Source of the DNA: Octopus bimaculoides
Lineage: Eukaryota
Reading direction: 5' to 3'
NCBI RefSeq assembly: GCF_001194135.2
Contig: NC_069005.1
Location: forward strand, 33,145,553-33,209,552
DNA length: 64,000 nt
Under the pieces are notes generated by a model. That model ran no database searches. It was not told the origin of the DNA and saw only the letters and a list, made by a program, of their open reading frames with translations. Below are positions 38,837 to 52,610 of this stretch, one piece after another; positions within the stretch are counted from its first letter, which is position 1; every line of letters starts with the position of its first letter. The translations under genes were made by a program, and so were the position numbers.

Positions 38837-39617
38837 TGTGTGTGTGTGTGTGTATCATATTGAAAAAAACTGGTTGTAGCTGATAAATTATAAAGAAATA
38901 ATAATGAAAGTTAAGATTAAAATAAAACAAGGAGTATGAGAATCAAAATGAAGAAAAAAATGAAGAAAATACAAAAAAAAAAGACTAATTGGACTAGAAA
39001 CAATGAGAGAGAGAGAGAGAGGTTGTGGTCTTCTATATTGTTACTGAGAATAAATTACTAATCCCTGTTTTAGTGAAGATAAATTAGACCTGAACAGCCT
39101 GTGAAATAGATGGAAGAGACCTCATTATGGTGTGTGTATGAGTGTAAGGGGAATTGTACTGACAAAAGTGTGATTATTCTTGTAGATTACACTAATTAAG
39201 TAACCTGCTCCTGCTAAAGAAGTTCCATCATGTTTAACAAAATGGTTCATCACTTTATCCCTACTTCTCTCTCTCCCTCTCTTTATTGTCTCCTTCCCTC
39301 ACTTCTGCCTTTCTACTCATTCATCCATAATGACCTTGGCTTCACAGGTAGGAATATATCAAGGTAGCAAGGGGAACTAGATACACACACACACACACAC
39401 ACACACACACTATATATATATATATATATATATACGGCTAGGGTGTTAGGCTTGTGATCATGAGATTGTGGGTTCTATTCCTGGACTGGACGGCATGTTT
39501 AGTCTTTGAGCAAGGTACTTTATTTCATGTTGTTCCAACCAACTTAGCTGATACAAGTACCAGCCTAGAGCTATTGTGTACACACACACACACACACACG
39601 CGCGCACGCACGCGCGC

Positions 39618-39651
<34 letters not shown>

Positions 39652-39661
39652 NNNNNNNNNN

Positions 39662-39707
<46 letters not shown>

Positions 39708-40500
39708 CAGAGGATAAACTGAAATATGTACACAATGAGAAGGAAAAACTAAAATTTACTGACAATCGTTGGCAATTGTAAAGAAGGAGAAGGTATTATT
39801 TCAAGACATTAAGAATAAAGTTTTGATTTGAATAACATCCTTGGGGAAAAGGACAATGTTATCTTTAAGAGATAACTGGTTGCTATGGACACGTTGTTGT
39901 GGTCTCAGTCCACAGGAAGTGGCTGACCATGAGAAGTTACCAACTGTAGGTTACACTGCTAGGAAGTGGTGTACTGGGAGAAGAAAAATATTTACTTGTG
40001 GTTGGGGGCAACTAGAATACAGGTAGGTAAATGAAGCTGTGGTATTGAGATAATTAGATCAGAGGTGATGGCACAGGTTAGTGTTGGCTGTGATATACAA
40101 TACTGTGCAATAAACCATTCCAAGCATAAAGAATCTAAGAAAGTTTATTTGGTTTAGGAATTTCAAAGAAAACGTGCTGAGTATTCTGTGAGAATTACAA
40201 AGCAAAATAAGCCCAGTAGAGCCATTACGTAGGTGTAAAACAGCTGTTGTTGTTGTTGTTGAAGTAGCAAGCAGCAGTAGTCGGTTGGGTGGGTACATTT
40301 TTGTGTTGATTACTCATTCACTAATTTCGTTTCTCTTGATCCTGTCATTAAACCTGCACAGTTTCTCTTCCCCCTTACTGGTTTGGTGTAAACTCTATTC
40401 ATAAAAATGAAACTAATTACATCAACAGTAGAAACAACAACAATCCTTAGCACTGATATTGTAACTGTCTGTTTATTGGGAGTTTTAGAAAAAAAACCTC

Positions 40501-40532
<32 letters not shown>

Positions 40533-40749
40533 TTAATGTTTGTCAATTCTTGTTTTATTATCAACTTGGTAAATAGTAGCTAGAACCCAGCCCACCATTA
40601 CATAATACTGTCAATCATTGGTCCTTCACTGTCTTATGTATCATTCGCCTCCCTGCCCCTCCTACCTTCTTTCCACAATACAGCCTTTTGTCCTCCACTG
40701 ACCTATATATTACTTCTGTCTCTCCTAATAAACCAAACTCTCAAATTAT

Positions 40750-40790
<41 letters not shown>

Positions 40791-41003
40791 TCATTATATT
40801 TAAGCCATATTTTTTTCTGTAAAAACCTATTCTGACATTAAACGAGTTAACTTCTGGTATGAATGTTTACATTTTGTACATCTTTCTCCAACAAAAAAAA
40901 ATTTCCTCAAAAATTCTGGAAATGATCTACTCATAGTTTATACACCTAAGGTTTATTTTTATTGTTGCAAAAAAAGTGCGTAAATTACATGAATTTTTAA
41001 GGT

Positions 41004-41346
41004 ATTTTATTGACCCCAAAAAGATGAAAGCAAAGTCAACCTCAGCGGAATTTGAACTCAGAAAGTAAGGATGGATGAAATGTCGCTAAGCATTTTACCT
41101 GGCGTGCTAATAATTCTGTCAGCTCACCACCCCTTTCTACCAAAAGCACAAGGGTTCAAATTTGGAGGAAGGGATTAAGTCAATTACATTAACCCCCAGT
41201 GTGTAACTGGTATTAATTTTATCGACCCTGAAGGGATGAAAAGCAAAGTTGACCTTGGCAGAATTTGAACTCAGAACATAGTGGCAGACGAAATACCGCT
41301 AAGCATTTCACCTGACGTGCTAATGATTCTGCCAGCTCACCGCCTT
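41004..41346 (-). mobile_element. Two head-to-tail SINE family A copies
   Basis: Reverse-complement heads gccagctcaccgcc (~41331-41346) and agctcaccacc (~41121-41131), each with B-box and core; adjacent (AAT)n/(GAT)n at 41347-41392. Confidence 0.9.
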
Positions 41347-42321
41347 AATAATAATAATAATAATAATAATGATGATGATGATGATGATGATAATTCAGCA
41401 CTAGCTGTTAAAATGTTGCTTTGTTGAAATGAATCTCAAATGCACACGAATACACTTAGAATATAGCTATGACTGCTGAAGTTGTACTTTCCCCAAGATA
41501 TATTCAGTTATATTCAGCTTTAAACAATTTCTCTACATACTTTTGGACACACAAAGAATGATTGAAATTTCTTTGCCTGTAGGTGTTGTGTTGTGCTCAC
41601 TGAACCATATCCAGAATCCGGTTTGAAGCGCTTTCTTTTCTCATGTGTGTCAGACTTTTGTTATAAACATATTGCAACAACCTTTCAGGATCATCACAAG
41701 TACAGTTGTTGTCATTGTTGTTGTTGTTTAACTATAGCTTGCAGTTTAATGTTGACTGAGGAAGCCATGCAATCAAAAGAATTCTAGGAAATGACTCCTA
41801 TTCTGTAGTTTTAGGGTTTATCCAGGGCTGCATAATCCGCTGTGTTTTGAAGACGGTGAGGTGTGATTTGAGGAAGGTTTGGTTGATATTTCCAGCAAGT
41901 CATGTAACCATGTCGAGACACCTTCAGTGACTAATAAGAGGATTGTGTGTTACAGTGGGTTGGGCTATTAGGAGACAGACCGGTGGAGTGGAGCAAAATA
42001 TAGGTCAGTGGTAGGCCATTGGTTGGAGAGTTGCACCATAGGAGAGACAGGGATATAATGTAGACCAATGGTAGACTCGTAGTCAGAGCTAGGAGGGAGA
42101 GTATGGCAGAGGTAGGTGAATGGAAGAGCATTGGCTTGAAGCAGTATGTGTGATTGAGTGTTGCGTTAGTATCTACTGAATTCTTTGTGTTGTAAGAAAG
42201 GGCCAGGCCCTGTCATTGTATTCTTCTCTTGTTAAAATAATAAAATAATATTCATGTCGATAAGGATGATTTTGACTGACATGCCCCCCTCCCTACCGTG
42301 TCACAAATATTAGAGCAAGGC

Positions 42322-42648
42322 AAGCTCAACCTTGGTGGAATTTGAACTCAGAATGGGGATGAAACACCACTAGGCATTTTGACCGGTGTGCTAATGATTC
42401 TGCCAGTTTGCTGCATTAATAGTGATAATAATAATAGTAACAATCTTTTCTACTATAGGCACAAGGCTCGAAATTTGGGGAGGTGGGACTACATTGACTC
42501 CAGTGTTCAACTGGTACTTATTTCATCGACCCCGAAAGAATGAAAGACAAAGTTGACCTTGGTGGAATTTAACTGAGAATGTAAAGATGTAATCAACTTA
42601 TCCCTTTTCCTAAAATTGCTGGTGTTGTGCCAAAATTTGAAATCATTA
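42322..42648 (-). mobile_element. Cluster of SINE family A copies/fragments
   Basis: Minus-strand copies at ~42322-42415 and ~42445-42588, plus a + strand tail fragment at ~42586-42648. Confidence 0.75.
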
Positions 42649-43360
42649 CAGCTGTTATGTAGGTTGGTGGCGGTGGTAGTGAGTAAAATTTAGAATAAAC
42701 ACTTAGATATGCATCACACATCAATGATTTCAACTTTGATATGCCAGATTATAATGAAACTTAAACGATGAAGATTTTATGGAAGACAGTCATGTTTTTT
42801 TAGTACAAAATAGAGACTGATTAAACTTTTATAAAATCAATTAAAATAAAATCTGATTGATTTAATTTTATTTTCATTATACATTGTCAGAAACCTTGAA
42901 AAATTAGCTGACATTTAAATTAAACATGAACTACAATATGTTGATATAGCACTACTTATATTGTATTCTTAGATTTTGTAGTGATTTCTCAGAGAAGGTG
43001 AAAAATTCCTGTGGTGGTAGTGATGGTAACTGAAATTTATATTTTGAAAAATTGTCTCTGATTTAATGCATGGCTAAGACTGAACTTAAAGATTCTCTTT
43101 GTAAATTTCAACATTTAAAAAGTGACTGTTACATTGTTTATTGGTGGTAGAGATGGTGGTGGTGGAGGAGGTGATATTTGTTTCTTTGTTGTCGGAATGG
43201 TGGTGGTGGTGGTGGTTTCTAGTGGTAGTGGCAGTTATAGGTAGTAGTAGTATAGCTATAGCAACATTGTTCTCTTTTCTTTTTTTTCTTTCTTTTTACT
43301 ATTCATTACAGTGATTTTATATAACGAAGATAAATTTCCACAGATTTGACTCGTTCATCT

Positions 43361-43440
43361 GAATGGTATAGAATATTGATTTAAATGGCATAAAGTATTG
43401 ATCTAAATGGTATAGAATATTGATCAAAATAGTAAAAGTT
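43361..43440. repeat. 22-bp tandem repeat, ~3.5 copies
   Basis: aatggtatagaatattgat / aatggcataaagtattgat / aatggtatagaatattgat. Confidence 0.85.
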
Positions 43441-43796
43441 AGTTCCCTTTTTGTTCTGAGTTCAAATCCTGCTAAAGTGCTTTATCCCTCTATCAGCAAA
43501 AAAGTTAGTACCAGTTATGTACTGTGGTTAATTCATCTCTTATTAATTTATGCCTATGTCTTTATGTGGAAAATTAATTTTACATGAGTCTATTCAATCA
43601 CTGAACCTGCAAGAAATAACAATCAAAGTCTTTTGAAACTGCACTTTCCTATACTTAGAAAGAAAGGACTTATGTAGTCCTGGATAGATTGTCTGAAAAT
43701 AAGATGAGGTAGCCATGGATGGAACACTTTGGTAATAGAGGTTTGCTCGATCAGATTTGACCTGGGTCTAAACTAATAAATTTATATTGAAATCGT

Positions 43797-43976
43797 TAAT
43801 CTTCCAGGCTATTAACCTCATCGTTAGAGTGTATATTTATAATATATCTCCACTTATCTGTTTCAATGAGTTTAATCTACAGTCACCGTCATCATCGTCA
43901 TCGTCTGAGCGTCAAACTGATCGATAAATATTGTAAATATACACTCTAACGATGAAGTTATTGGCCTGGAAAATTA
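43797..43976. mobile_element. Fold-back MITE-like element with ~49-bp terminal inverted repeats
   Basis: ttccaggctattaacctcatcgttagagtgtatatttataatat (43802-43845) is the reverse complement, with a few mismatches, of 43928-43971; TA at both ends. Confidence 0.65.
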
Positions 43977-44937
43977 TAATCTTGTTATGACTATCTTGTT
44001 GCTGAAGACTGTGTTTTTGGAATTGCTTTCACCTCGTTCTTGGCAATCATTTCATTTAGTTCCCTCCGAATGTTCCTTTAACTCCAGTTGGATATTCTGT
44101 AAAGAACAGGAATTGTATTTTATTTTATTTTTTTTCTGTTTGATCAAAAAGAAGACAACATTAGTGGCATAGTGGATGTGAAGGCTGTCAATCAGTTCTG
44201 TTAAGCACGCATAAACCTATACAACAAACGCAGCAGGTTTTCTTACTCATTTCACACATACACCTACAAATTCTTCAGTTCACACTAAACACGGTGGAAA
44301 CCCCATATAACAAACACATCAGGCTTTCTAAGCCATTTCACACATACAACTCCACATTCTTCGTATTCTCAGGAGCCAAAATTGACTGATCAAGTTACAG
44401 ATGAACCAATTATTTCATCTATTGATTTTGTCCCCCCCCCTCTCTTGATTTGTGTCTTTTTAAAAAAATTTTTGTTTTTGATATTGGCATAAAATATTGG
44501 TACAGAACAGTTGTAGAACATTTAAACTGTGAACCACATCTTTATTGCAAAAACAAAATGTCCAAAATAGACATCATAGCTTGCAAAGTAAATCGAGCTA
44601 ATAGTTTGAAAAAATAAAATAAAATCAGAAAGAAAGCAAGCAAGCAAAACTGATCCTTGTATTGACTAGTTGTTGTCTGAGGAAAGAGTTCACACCCAAG
44701 CATGAAGTGTCTGGGGTATAACCCTAAATTACATTACTCACTTATCTAATGCCATTATCTCTCGGCTGTACAACCAATGATATATTGCACCTATGGAGTT
44801 TTATGAGTTTCCCAAACATTGAAGCTGGGTTATAAACTGAATTATATTGTTATATTAAATTAATATACACATACTTGTTTATATATTTATATATATATAT
44901 ATATATGAAATGTATGTGTTTGTAAATGTTTGGTAAG

Positions 44938-45100
44938 TACAGGCATGGCTGTGTGGTTAAGAAGTTTGCTTCCCAACTGTGTGGGTTTAGGTTCGATCTC
45001 ATTGCACAGTACCTTGGGTATTTCCTAATATTGCACCAGGCCAACTGAAGCCATGTTAGTAGATTGGGTTAGAGAGAACTGAAAAAGGTCCATCATACAT
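44938..45100 (+). mobile_element. SINE family B 5' half
   Basis: caggcatggctgtgtggttaagaagtttgcttcccaac...ggttcgatc...accttggg. Confidence 0.75.
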
Positions 45101-45551
45101 ATGTGTGTGTGTGTGTGTGTTTACATTTGCACTTGTCTGAAAGCACTGAGCTGCATGCAATGGTATGTTGCCATTTTCCATGTCAACAAGGCATCTGCTG
45201 GCTTTGCATCTTCAAAGATGTGTGGAATAAGAGATCTCTTGAAAAGCTGGTAAGAATTAGCAAACAGGAGGGATATCTGGCTTTAATGCGATTCCTCCAT
45301 GATACATTTGTCTAACCTAAGCAAGCATGGAAAAATGGCCATGTAAACAAGTGAATTATAATTGATATGTTTAGCTGAATGAAGTTTTGTAAGGTGTACA
45401 TATTGCCCATCGTTGTTGTTATGTAAAGTTGTAACATAGAGGGGGTAATAGAAATTGTTTCTGAAAGAAGCACTGTGATCAAATGTTATCATAAGATGAT
45501 GTATGCATACAGCCATTATGTTCAAAGACAATATATATGTGTGTATGTGAA

Positions 45552-45592
<41 letters not shown>

Positions 45593-45885
45593 ACATGTAC
45601 ATGTCTTTCTATCATATGTGAGCGCATGAAATCTTGTTTTTACTCTTGTCTATCAAAATGGTTGAGTTACCTCTATCACTGGAGCTATGATTGAGTAATG
45701 ATGAATATATTCATATGAATTGATATTAACTGCATTCTACTATTAAATGAAATTATTCATCCACCAATGTTGGCCCTTTGCTCTTTATATTCTGGGTCTC
45801 TATCATAACCCCTTCTCCTGGATCACATTACCTACTCTCATTGCCCTATCTTTTTGGCCATGTTGCCTCGACTCTATGTACATGT

Positions 45886-46219
45886 CTTTTATCTTTCACT
45901 TGTTTCAGTCATTAGACTGCGGCCATGCTGGGGCACCGCCTTGAAGAATTTTTAGTTGAATGAACCTATCCCAGTACTTTGATTTCTCTTGCCAAACCAC
46001 TAAATTACAGGGATGTAAACACACTGACACTGGTTGTTAAGCAGTGGCAACACACACAACAAGCTTCTTTCAGTTTCCATCTACCAAATCCACTCACAAG
46101 GATCTGGTCAGCATGAGTAGTAATAGAAGACACTTGCCCAAGGTGCCACGCTGTAGAACTGAACCCAGAACCATGTGGTTGGGAAGCAAGCTTCTTACCA
46201 GACAGCCAGGCCTGCGCCC
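45886..46219 (-). mobile_element. tRNA-derived CORE-like SINE family B, near full-length
   Basis: Reverse complement reads gggcgcaggcctggctgtctggtaagaagcttgcttcccaaccacatggttctgggttcag...gcaccttgggcaagtgtcttct (MIR/CORE-like) ... ccagcatggccgcagtc...gaaacaagt tail; resembles octopus OR-type SINEs (recall). Confidence 0.85.
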
Positions 46220-46707
46220 ATATCGCAGAGTACCGAATATTCTTATCACATGTATTTCTTACCACTTGTCATTATCATTCATACCACTATCTTTCATGCT
46301 TTTATCACATTAAGAGTACATATGTCTGTGGGATATCCAGCCACCTGTGAAGGCCGGAATTGGTTGGTGATAGGAGCAAGAGGAGGAGGGTAGCAACAGA
46401 ACAGTCATTGGGGTAGAGACAGGAAAGGAATGGTGGTCAATAGCAGAGATGGACATAAGCAAGAGTGGGTGATGGACAGGTCCTCTTTAGGAAAACTTGT
46501 ATTATGTTTGCTTGATTGAGGATAACACTGCAGAAGACATCCCTGCCCCTTCCTTGAAGAAAGTAGAAAGACGGATAGAAGCAGACAGAAAAAAAAAGAA
46601 GGAAGGAAGGAAGACATGTTCTGTAGAAAAACACCCAATGAATAAATATCTCTGTTAGTTGAATTAAGATGTGCCTTGTAAGGTTCTTGTGTCTCAGCAT
46701 GTATGTG

Positions 46708-46742
<35 letters not shown>

Positions 46743-49700
46743 CTGTGTGCATTATAATAAAAACCACAAAGAGCCTTGTGAAATACACGTATGTATATAT
46801 GTATGTATATCTTCCCCTCCCTGACAGAACGAATACACAGAGATTGAAAGATGGAGTTGGTTTTGTCTGTGAGAGACACTTCTCAGATTTCTCATGGATA
46901 TTAGATTAATATCTTTGTTTATACATAGCTAAAAGGTTCTAAATTCCTGTCTGGAAACTCTGTATTAGCATTAACCATTTATAGAATCTCGACTACCCAC
47001 TGTGAGACCATTTTCTTTGATAAGCTTTGCATTATGTTCCTCAATTGTTTAGTCATAAGGCAGCTGTTTATATCTTTATTTATAACTCACTTTGTAACAA
47101 TTCTGTTTGAATATATTTTCATTATTATGCATGAGATATCCAATCAACTGAAAAATAAATCCATTATGTCTTCTCAACCACCATAGCAACAACAACAGCA
47201 GCATCAATTATTATAACAGATGCAATAACAATATCAGCAACAGAGTCTCCATGTGGCTGCTTGACCTGCTAGAACTACTAGTCAAATCTCCCACAAATCA
47301 CTTCCTGTCCTCTTTTAAAAGGTGAAAGACACATTGAATGATGTCATTGTGGATGTCCAGAAAGATACAAGATGGCCACAGCTTGAATCGTCTTGATGAT
47401 CGGTCAGCTCATTCAGAATTAAATCTCAGTGCTAAACAACTAGATAACAACAACAACATCAATAGTAATCATAGCCACAGCAACAACAACAGCAACATCA
47501 TCAGTAACATCAACAATAAGAAGAGCCAGTAGCAACAAAAACTTCTAATGTTACCGAAGCTCTGGGAGGCTTTTAAGGACCACTGCTTGGCCCTAGATTC
47601 CTGACATGAAGCAAATCAGAGATAAATCTACTACCTCTGCCCCCTTACACTACTAGATCTTGTTACAAGTAAATATTTCTCCCTTGGCTTTTTGATCTTG
47701 TTTGACCTCAGAGCAATGCATGTACCTCAACTTGTGTACAGTACTGCCAACATTGGGTGTGTGCCTACATGCATACCCGACCAATAACAGCCGTGTTCCT
47801 ACCCCACCTTTCTGTATATCTCCTGCAGCATTGGGCATGTCCTTCCATGCCGTCCATGTTATCTGTTGTTCTGAATTAGTCATGCTCCATGCACTGATTA
47901 TCGATGCTGTTTGCTGCTGCAACATGACACAGTTTAAAACCACAGAACTGGAGAAAAGAAAAGGAAAAAGAAAAAAAATACCACAGAACATTTAAAGCAG
48001 CAGCAGCAGCAGCAGCAGCAAGAGGCTAAGACATTGATTTTAATGAGTGTTAATTATTCTGTTACATCGTTCAACTGTATCTCTATTAGCATCCAGTTAA
48101 CATCTTCTGGCATTGATCCAAACCACTTTCACACAGTATCTCACCTTGATCCACAATGATGCCTCACATCACTACTGCACCACTCTTCCCTCTCCTCATC
48201 ATCCCCCCTCACACTTTTCTCTCTCCACATTTTGGTACTACCCTCTCCCCTAACATCTCAATTCTCCAAATTCCTTTGTCCCTACATCTCACTTAACAAC
48301 CCTGCCCCTCACTCTCTCTCTCACCAACACATCTAGCATTATAACCTCTTTTTTATTTTTAACTCCCACTTCAACCCTTCATTCCACTTCCCACACCTCA
48401 CCATCCCAACACTCTTCCTCACTCCTACATACATTTTCCTTCCTCTTCAGCCCTTTCATAGTCATCCCTCTTCACCATCATCCCACCTCACTTATTAACC
48501 ACCCTCTTCTTCATTACTGATGTATTAAAATCATAGAAAATGGGAGAAGGACCTTTGACTAAGCTTCTAATGAAGGATGTAACTGAGATTTTAAACTTTT
48601 ATCATTAGTCAGAGGAGGAAGGACAATGCCCATGGATCTTTTTAGGGGTTTCTGAAACTTGTTAGAGGAAGGGACTAGGGACCTCATCTAGAATGGATTC
48701 TGCTAACAGCACCCAAAGATCAGGTAGTGGTGTTAAACCAGGCAATGGAGTGCATCTATCCCCAAAGAATAAGAATGGTCCCTCTCAGAGACCTACACTA
48801 TTTCCATCATCCAAATTTCCTCAATAAGGCTTTAGTCAAAGACACTGTGCCATAGTGCCATGCAGTGGGTTTGCTTATGAAGCCATATCATACAGGTTGC
48901 TAACTTCTGTGGTTGATCCAGCAGACTTCCTCATCAAAAACATTTCCAGCCTTGGTCCTCTTGTCTTTCTTTTTCAGACTTAGTCTGAAGACAGTAAGGT
49001 GTGAGTTGAAGATTTGGCTGCTATTTCTAGCAATGTGAAGAGCCAGCCTCGTAAAGGTTCCCCCATTGGCAGTGGTGTTGATGGGTTAAGTGTTGCTACT
49101 GATGTGTTATTAATTGTTGTTATTGTTCATATTGTTATGTCAGCCTTTATTTTTAGCAGACTCAATATCAAACACACTTCAGTCATGGCCATCTTGTCTT
49201 TTATTCAGACAGTATCTTTGGTAACATTGTCCAATATGCCCTTCTTTTTTTTTTCTTTTTTGAGACAGTGGGGTGTTTGAATTAAGGGAGAGGGAGATGT
49301 GACTGCCATTTCTAGCAAGTTGAATGACCACATAGAGGCTCCCATGTTAGTTTGCTGTTCAAAAATTTAGATGAGATCATTGACAGAGGAATGAAGGGTT
49401 TTTCTTTCACCTTTTTCCCCTCCCTCCTGATTCATTTGTTCATCAGCATGCCCACCCATATACCCATATACACCCTTCATCTTCTAGTTCCTTCCCTCCC
49501 ATCCAATATACCCTATTTATTGTTCTGTTGTTTCCATGGTTACCAACACACATCAACTGACATGAAAAACATTTTTTCACATCACTTGTTTAGATGAGAG
49601 ATCAATTATAATCATGATTTCTCCCTTACAGTGATGGTAGTGGTTTGGGGTGGTCAGTTGGGGGGTTGGGGTAGCCAGTCGGGGGTTGGGGGAAACTGAT

Positions 49701-50164
49701 CCTTGTCCCTAACTCTGCTTCCACCACCACCACCACCACCCCTTCCTGCTTCCTCATCTTCCTTCTCATTTTGTCATCTGTTCTACACTCTTCAGAAATA
49801 TAAGTGGCTGTATATGTGTTTGTATACTATATATGTTTGTGTATTCACACATACATATATACATGTGTATAGACATGTAGGTATATATACACACACACGT
49901 GTATATATATAAACACACGCACACATGCACACACACACACATACACATATAGAACTAAAACAACTGCTTTAATGGTTGTAAGAACCGTTTTATGGTCTGT
50001 GTTTGCTCAAGGTTCCCAGTAATTCCTTGCAGCAGTTTGAACCAGTTGCAGCAAGAGGTATTTTTCTGCAACATGTGTATAATAAGCATGACAACACTTC
50101 TCCTTAGAGTTGTTTACAATCCCTCAAACTATAATTAAGACACACAACTTTTTCACATCTTCAG

Positions 50165-50400
50165 AAATATATCTGGGAAAACAGCTGCCAATCTTTTCAT
50201 CACTGGCAGTTTCAGTTACCCAGAGATTGATGGGGAAACTTTTCACTGACCACAGAGCTGGGTTCAAACTGGCTTCAAGTAGTTATGTCTCCCTTAAGAG
50301 GTAACAATACTTTGGATCTGTTACTTACCACTTCTCCTGAAACTATTATCCGTATCACTACTGAAGAATCTTTAAGTGACTCTGACCCCCCTATAAACAT
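50165..50400 (+). mobile_element. CR1/L2-like LINE endonuclease remnant
   Basis: NLFITGSFSYPEID (cf. L+.GDFN.P.IDW) followed after a frameshift by GNNTLDLLLTTSPETI...SLSDSD (cf. LDL+LT...SDH). Confidence 0.65.
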
Positions 50401-51085
50401 TGCCAGTCTGTTTCTTTTGGGCCAAAAGAAAAACTGCCACCACTGTTAAACTGCTTGCTTTGACTGGAACGAAGCTGACTGGGGTTGATTTAATCGATTA
50501 AATCAACCCCAGTATGCAACTGGTACTTAATTTATCGGTTTAAATAAGTATTACATGGTTAGAACAACTCATCCCTCTAAAAGTTGCTCCCTAGCTTGCA
50601 GTACTAAGTTCAATCCCACTTCTGGATTGTATCTTGAAGATGGATACCCTTGATACACCATGTAGAGACAGAACCCTGTTGTGGGGTACCAACAGCCCAA
50701 TGAAACTATGTACCCCACCAGTGTGGGGTACATAAGTCAGTCTTTATAAACTTACCTTTCTCCACACTATTGAATATATCTGCAATCATGAAGTACTCTG
50801 AGTATGTGGAGTGAAATAGCTTACACTGGAGGATTGACTGTATGATAGAAACTAGTTCACCAGGAGCTCATCATCTCACTGCTTTCATTGGTGTATTTTA
50901 GTATTCCGTTTTCTTTTTTGTTTTAGTCTTTTTTTTCCCTCCACCCTAAAATTAGTTGCAACTGGAATATGAAAGAGAATTGCTGAGTCATTGATAGACT
51001 TCAAATGACTGACTGACTATTTCATCTGTGGACTTGGTGATTCCTAAGTACTGGCTCAATACCAAATTGGTTCACATTCATTTTC

Positions 51086-51147
<62 letters not shown>

Positions 51148-51333
51148 NNNNNNNNNNNNNNNNNNNNNNNNNNNNNNNNNNNNNNNNNNNNNNNNNNNNN
51201 NNNNNNNNNNNNNNNNNNNNNNNNNNNNNNNNNNNNNNNNNNNNNNNNNNNNNNNNNNNNNNNNNNNNNNNNNNNNNNNNNNNNNNNNNNNNNNNNNNNN
51301 NNNNNNNNNNNNNNAGGGCACCTATGACAATAG

Positions 51334-51385
<52 letters not shown>

Positions 51386-52049
51386 TTCTGAGAAGCCGAG
51401 CTATATTCAGAAGCTAATTGGCCACTTTGATAATAAAAGGGAGATGTAGAAGGAGTAAGAGGAGAGGACATTGGTAGTAAGTATATTGATTATAGGTAGA
51501 TATTATCTGTTGTCCAATTTATCTTCCTCTGCTCCTCCCCAATACCAAAACTAGACACAAAATAGACTTTAAAACAGAATCACATATAAGAGAAGCTGCA
51601 TTCAGGCAGCGATATTGTCACCCCCCTCCTCCCTACATCCCTGCCTTTTGTGCTCTGTAGTGAGTGTGTGTGTGTGTGTGTGGGTGGGGGTGATGATAAC
51701 CTGAAAATGTTCCAGTCCACGTCTTTATTTTCTCCAAGAATATCTTGTCTCTGTACCTAGTTTACAATATCTCTGGTGGTGTTGTATCTCAGTGGCAATC
51801 CCAGGAATGAGGAAAAGTAGTGACTGTGACTTACATGCTTTTCCAGAACATTATTATTTGTGATTGAAGCCAATGATAGAGCCTCTGTCTGATCCACTGT
51901 CAAGTGTTGTCATAAATTAGGAAAGACAGGTTGGATAGGGAGGTCTAAGATGCACTGTATCTGTTAAAAGGATGGGATGGATACAACTGAACGGTTTTTT
52001 TTGATTATAGATCTACTGCGTCAGGGATGACCTGAAGCTAAACAACAGT

Positions 52050-52539
52050 TGTTCCACAATAATTGCTCATCCACTGTCAGCATCCTCCATGCTGACCGGG
52101 CAGGGAACTCCCTACAGCCAACCTCCACTGGCAAAAGCCATGACTAACATCACTTCTTCTTGCAATCGTGCTGAAGACTCTCATGCTTGGAACACTTCCA
52201 TTCAAAAGCTGGAGTCCACCTTTCTTCCCAAGGGATTGTAAACTTGATCAAAATTATTCTCTTTAGCCTTTCAGACCACAAAATTACATCAGACCTTAAG
52301 GTTGCCTGGATGATCTGGAGAAACTGCAGTCTTTCTCTCAGGTCTGCTTTCATAATCCATGATTAGGCCCCATGTAGTAGACTATGTGTTCTCTTTGCAG
52401 TCCTCACTGGCTTTTCTCCTTCCTTCATGAACTTGATTGCTGGTCTTCTTTTCTCCTGCTGCTGGTGTTTTTTGAGCCTTTCTTGTTCCAAGCTATGAGT
52501 GTGGCAAATACCTTGTCAAGGTGCTACGTGTATCTTCCT

Positions 52540-52541
<2 letters not shown>
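52050..52541 (-). mobile_element. HERO-like (restriction-like endonuclease) non-LTR retrotransposon 3' fragment
   Basis: EGRYT*HLDKV (cf. GRYTWRHD.V), SLEQER..IKFMKEGE, WIMKADL..LQF..IIQATLRSDVILWS..KRIILIKFTIPWEE...KCSKH, WLLPVEVGCREFPARSAWRML: PD..D/ExK-type RLE domain as in HERO elements. Confidence 0.85.

Positions 52542-52610
<69 letters not shown>

Noticed and set aside
41582-41700. + strand acceptor giving RCCVVLTEPYPESGLKRF...
   Set aside because: No similarity to the expected BLTP2 sequence; weak donor.
43312-43365. Strong + strand acceptor after a long pyrimidine tract
   Set aside because: Stops in all three frames shortly after; runs into a 22-bp tandem repeat.
43945-43972. Hammerhead-ribozyme/Penelope-like motif in the fold-back arm
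   Set aside because: The CUGANGA and GAAA core nucleotides are not intact (ctaacga / ggaaa).
48530-48800. Possible LINE RT fragment (LMKDVTEIL)
   Set aside because: Motif match too weak to support a call.
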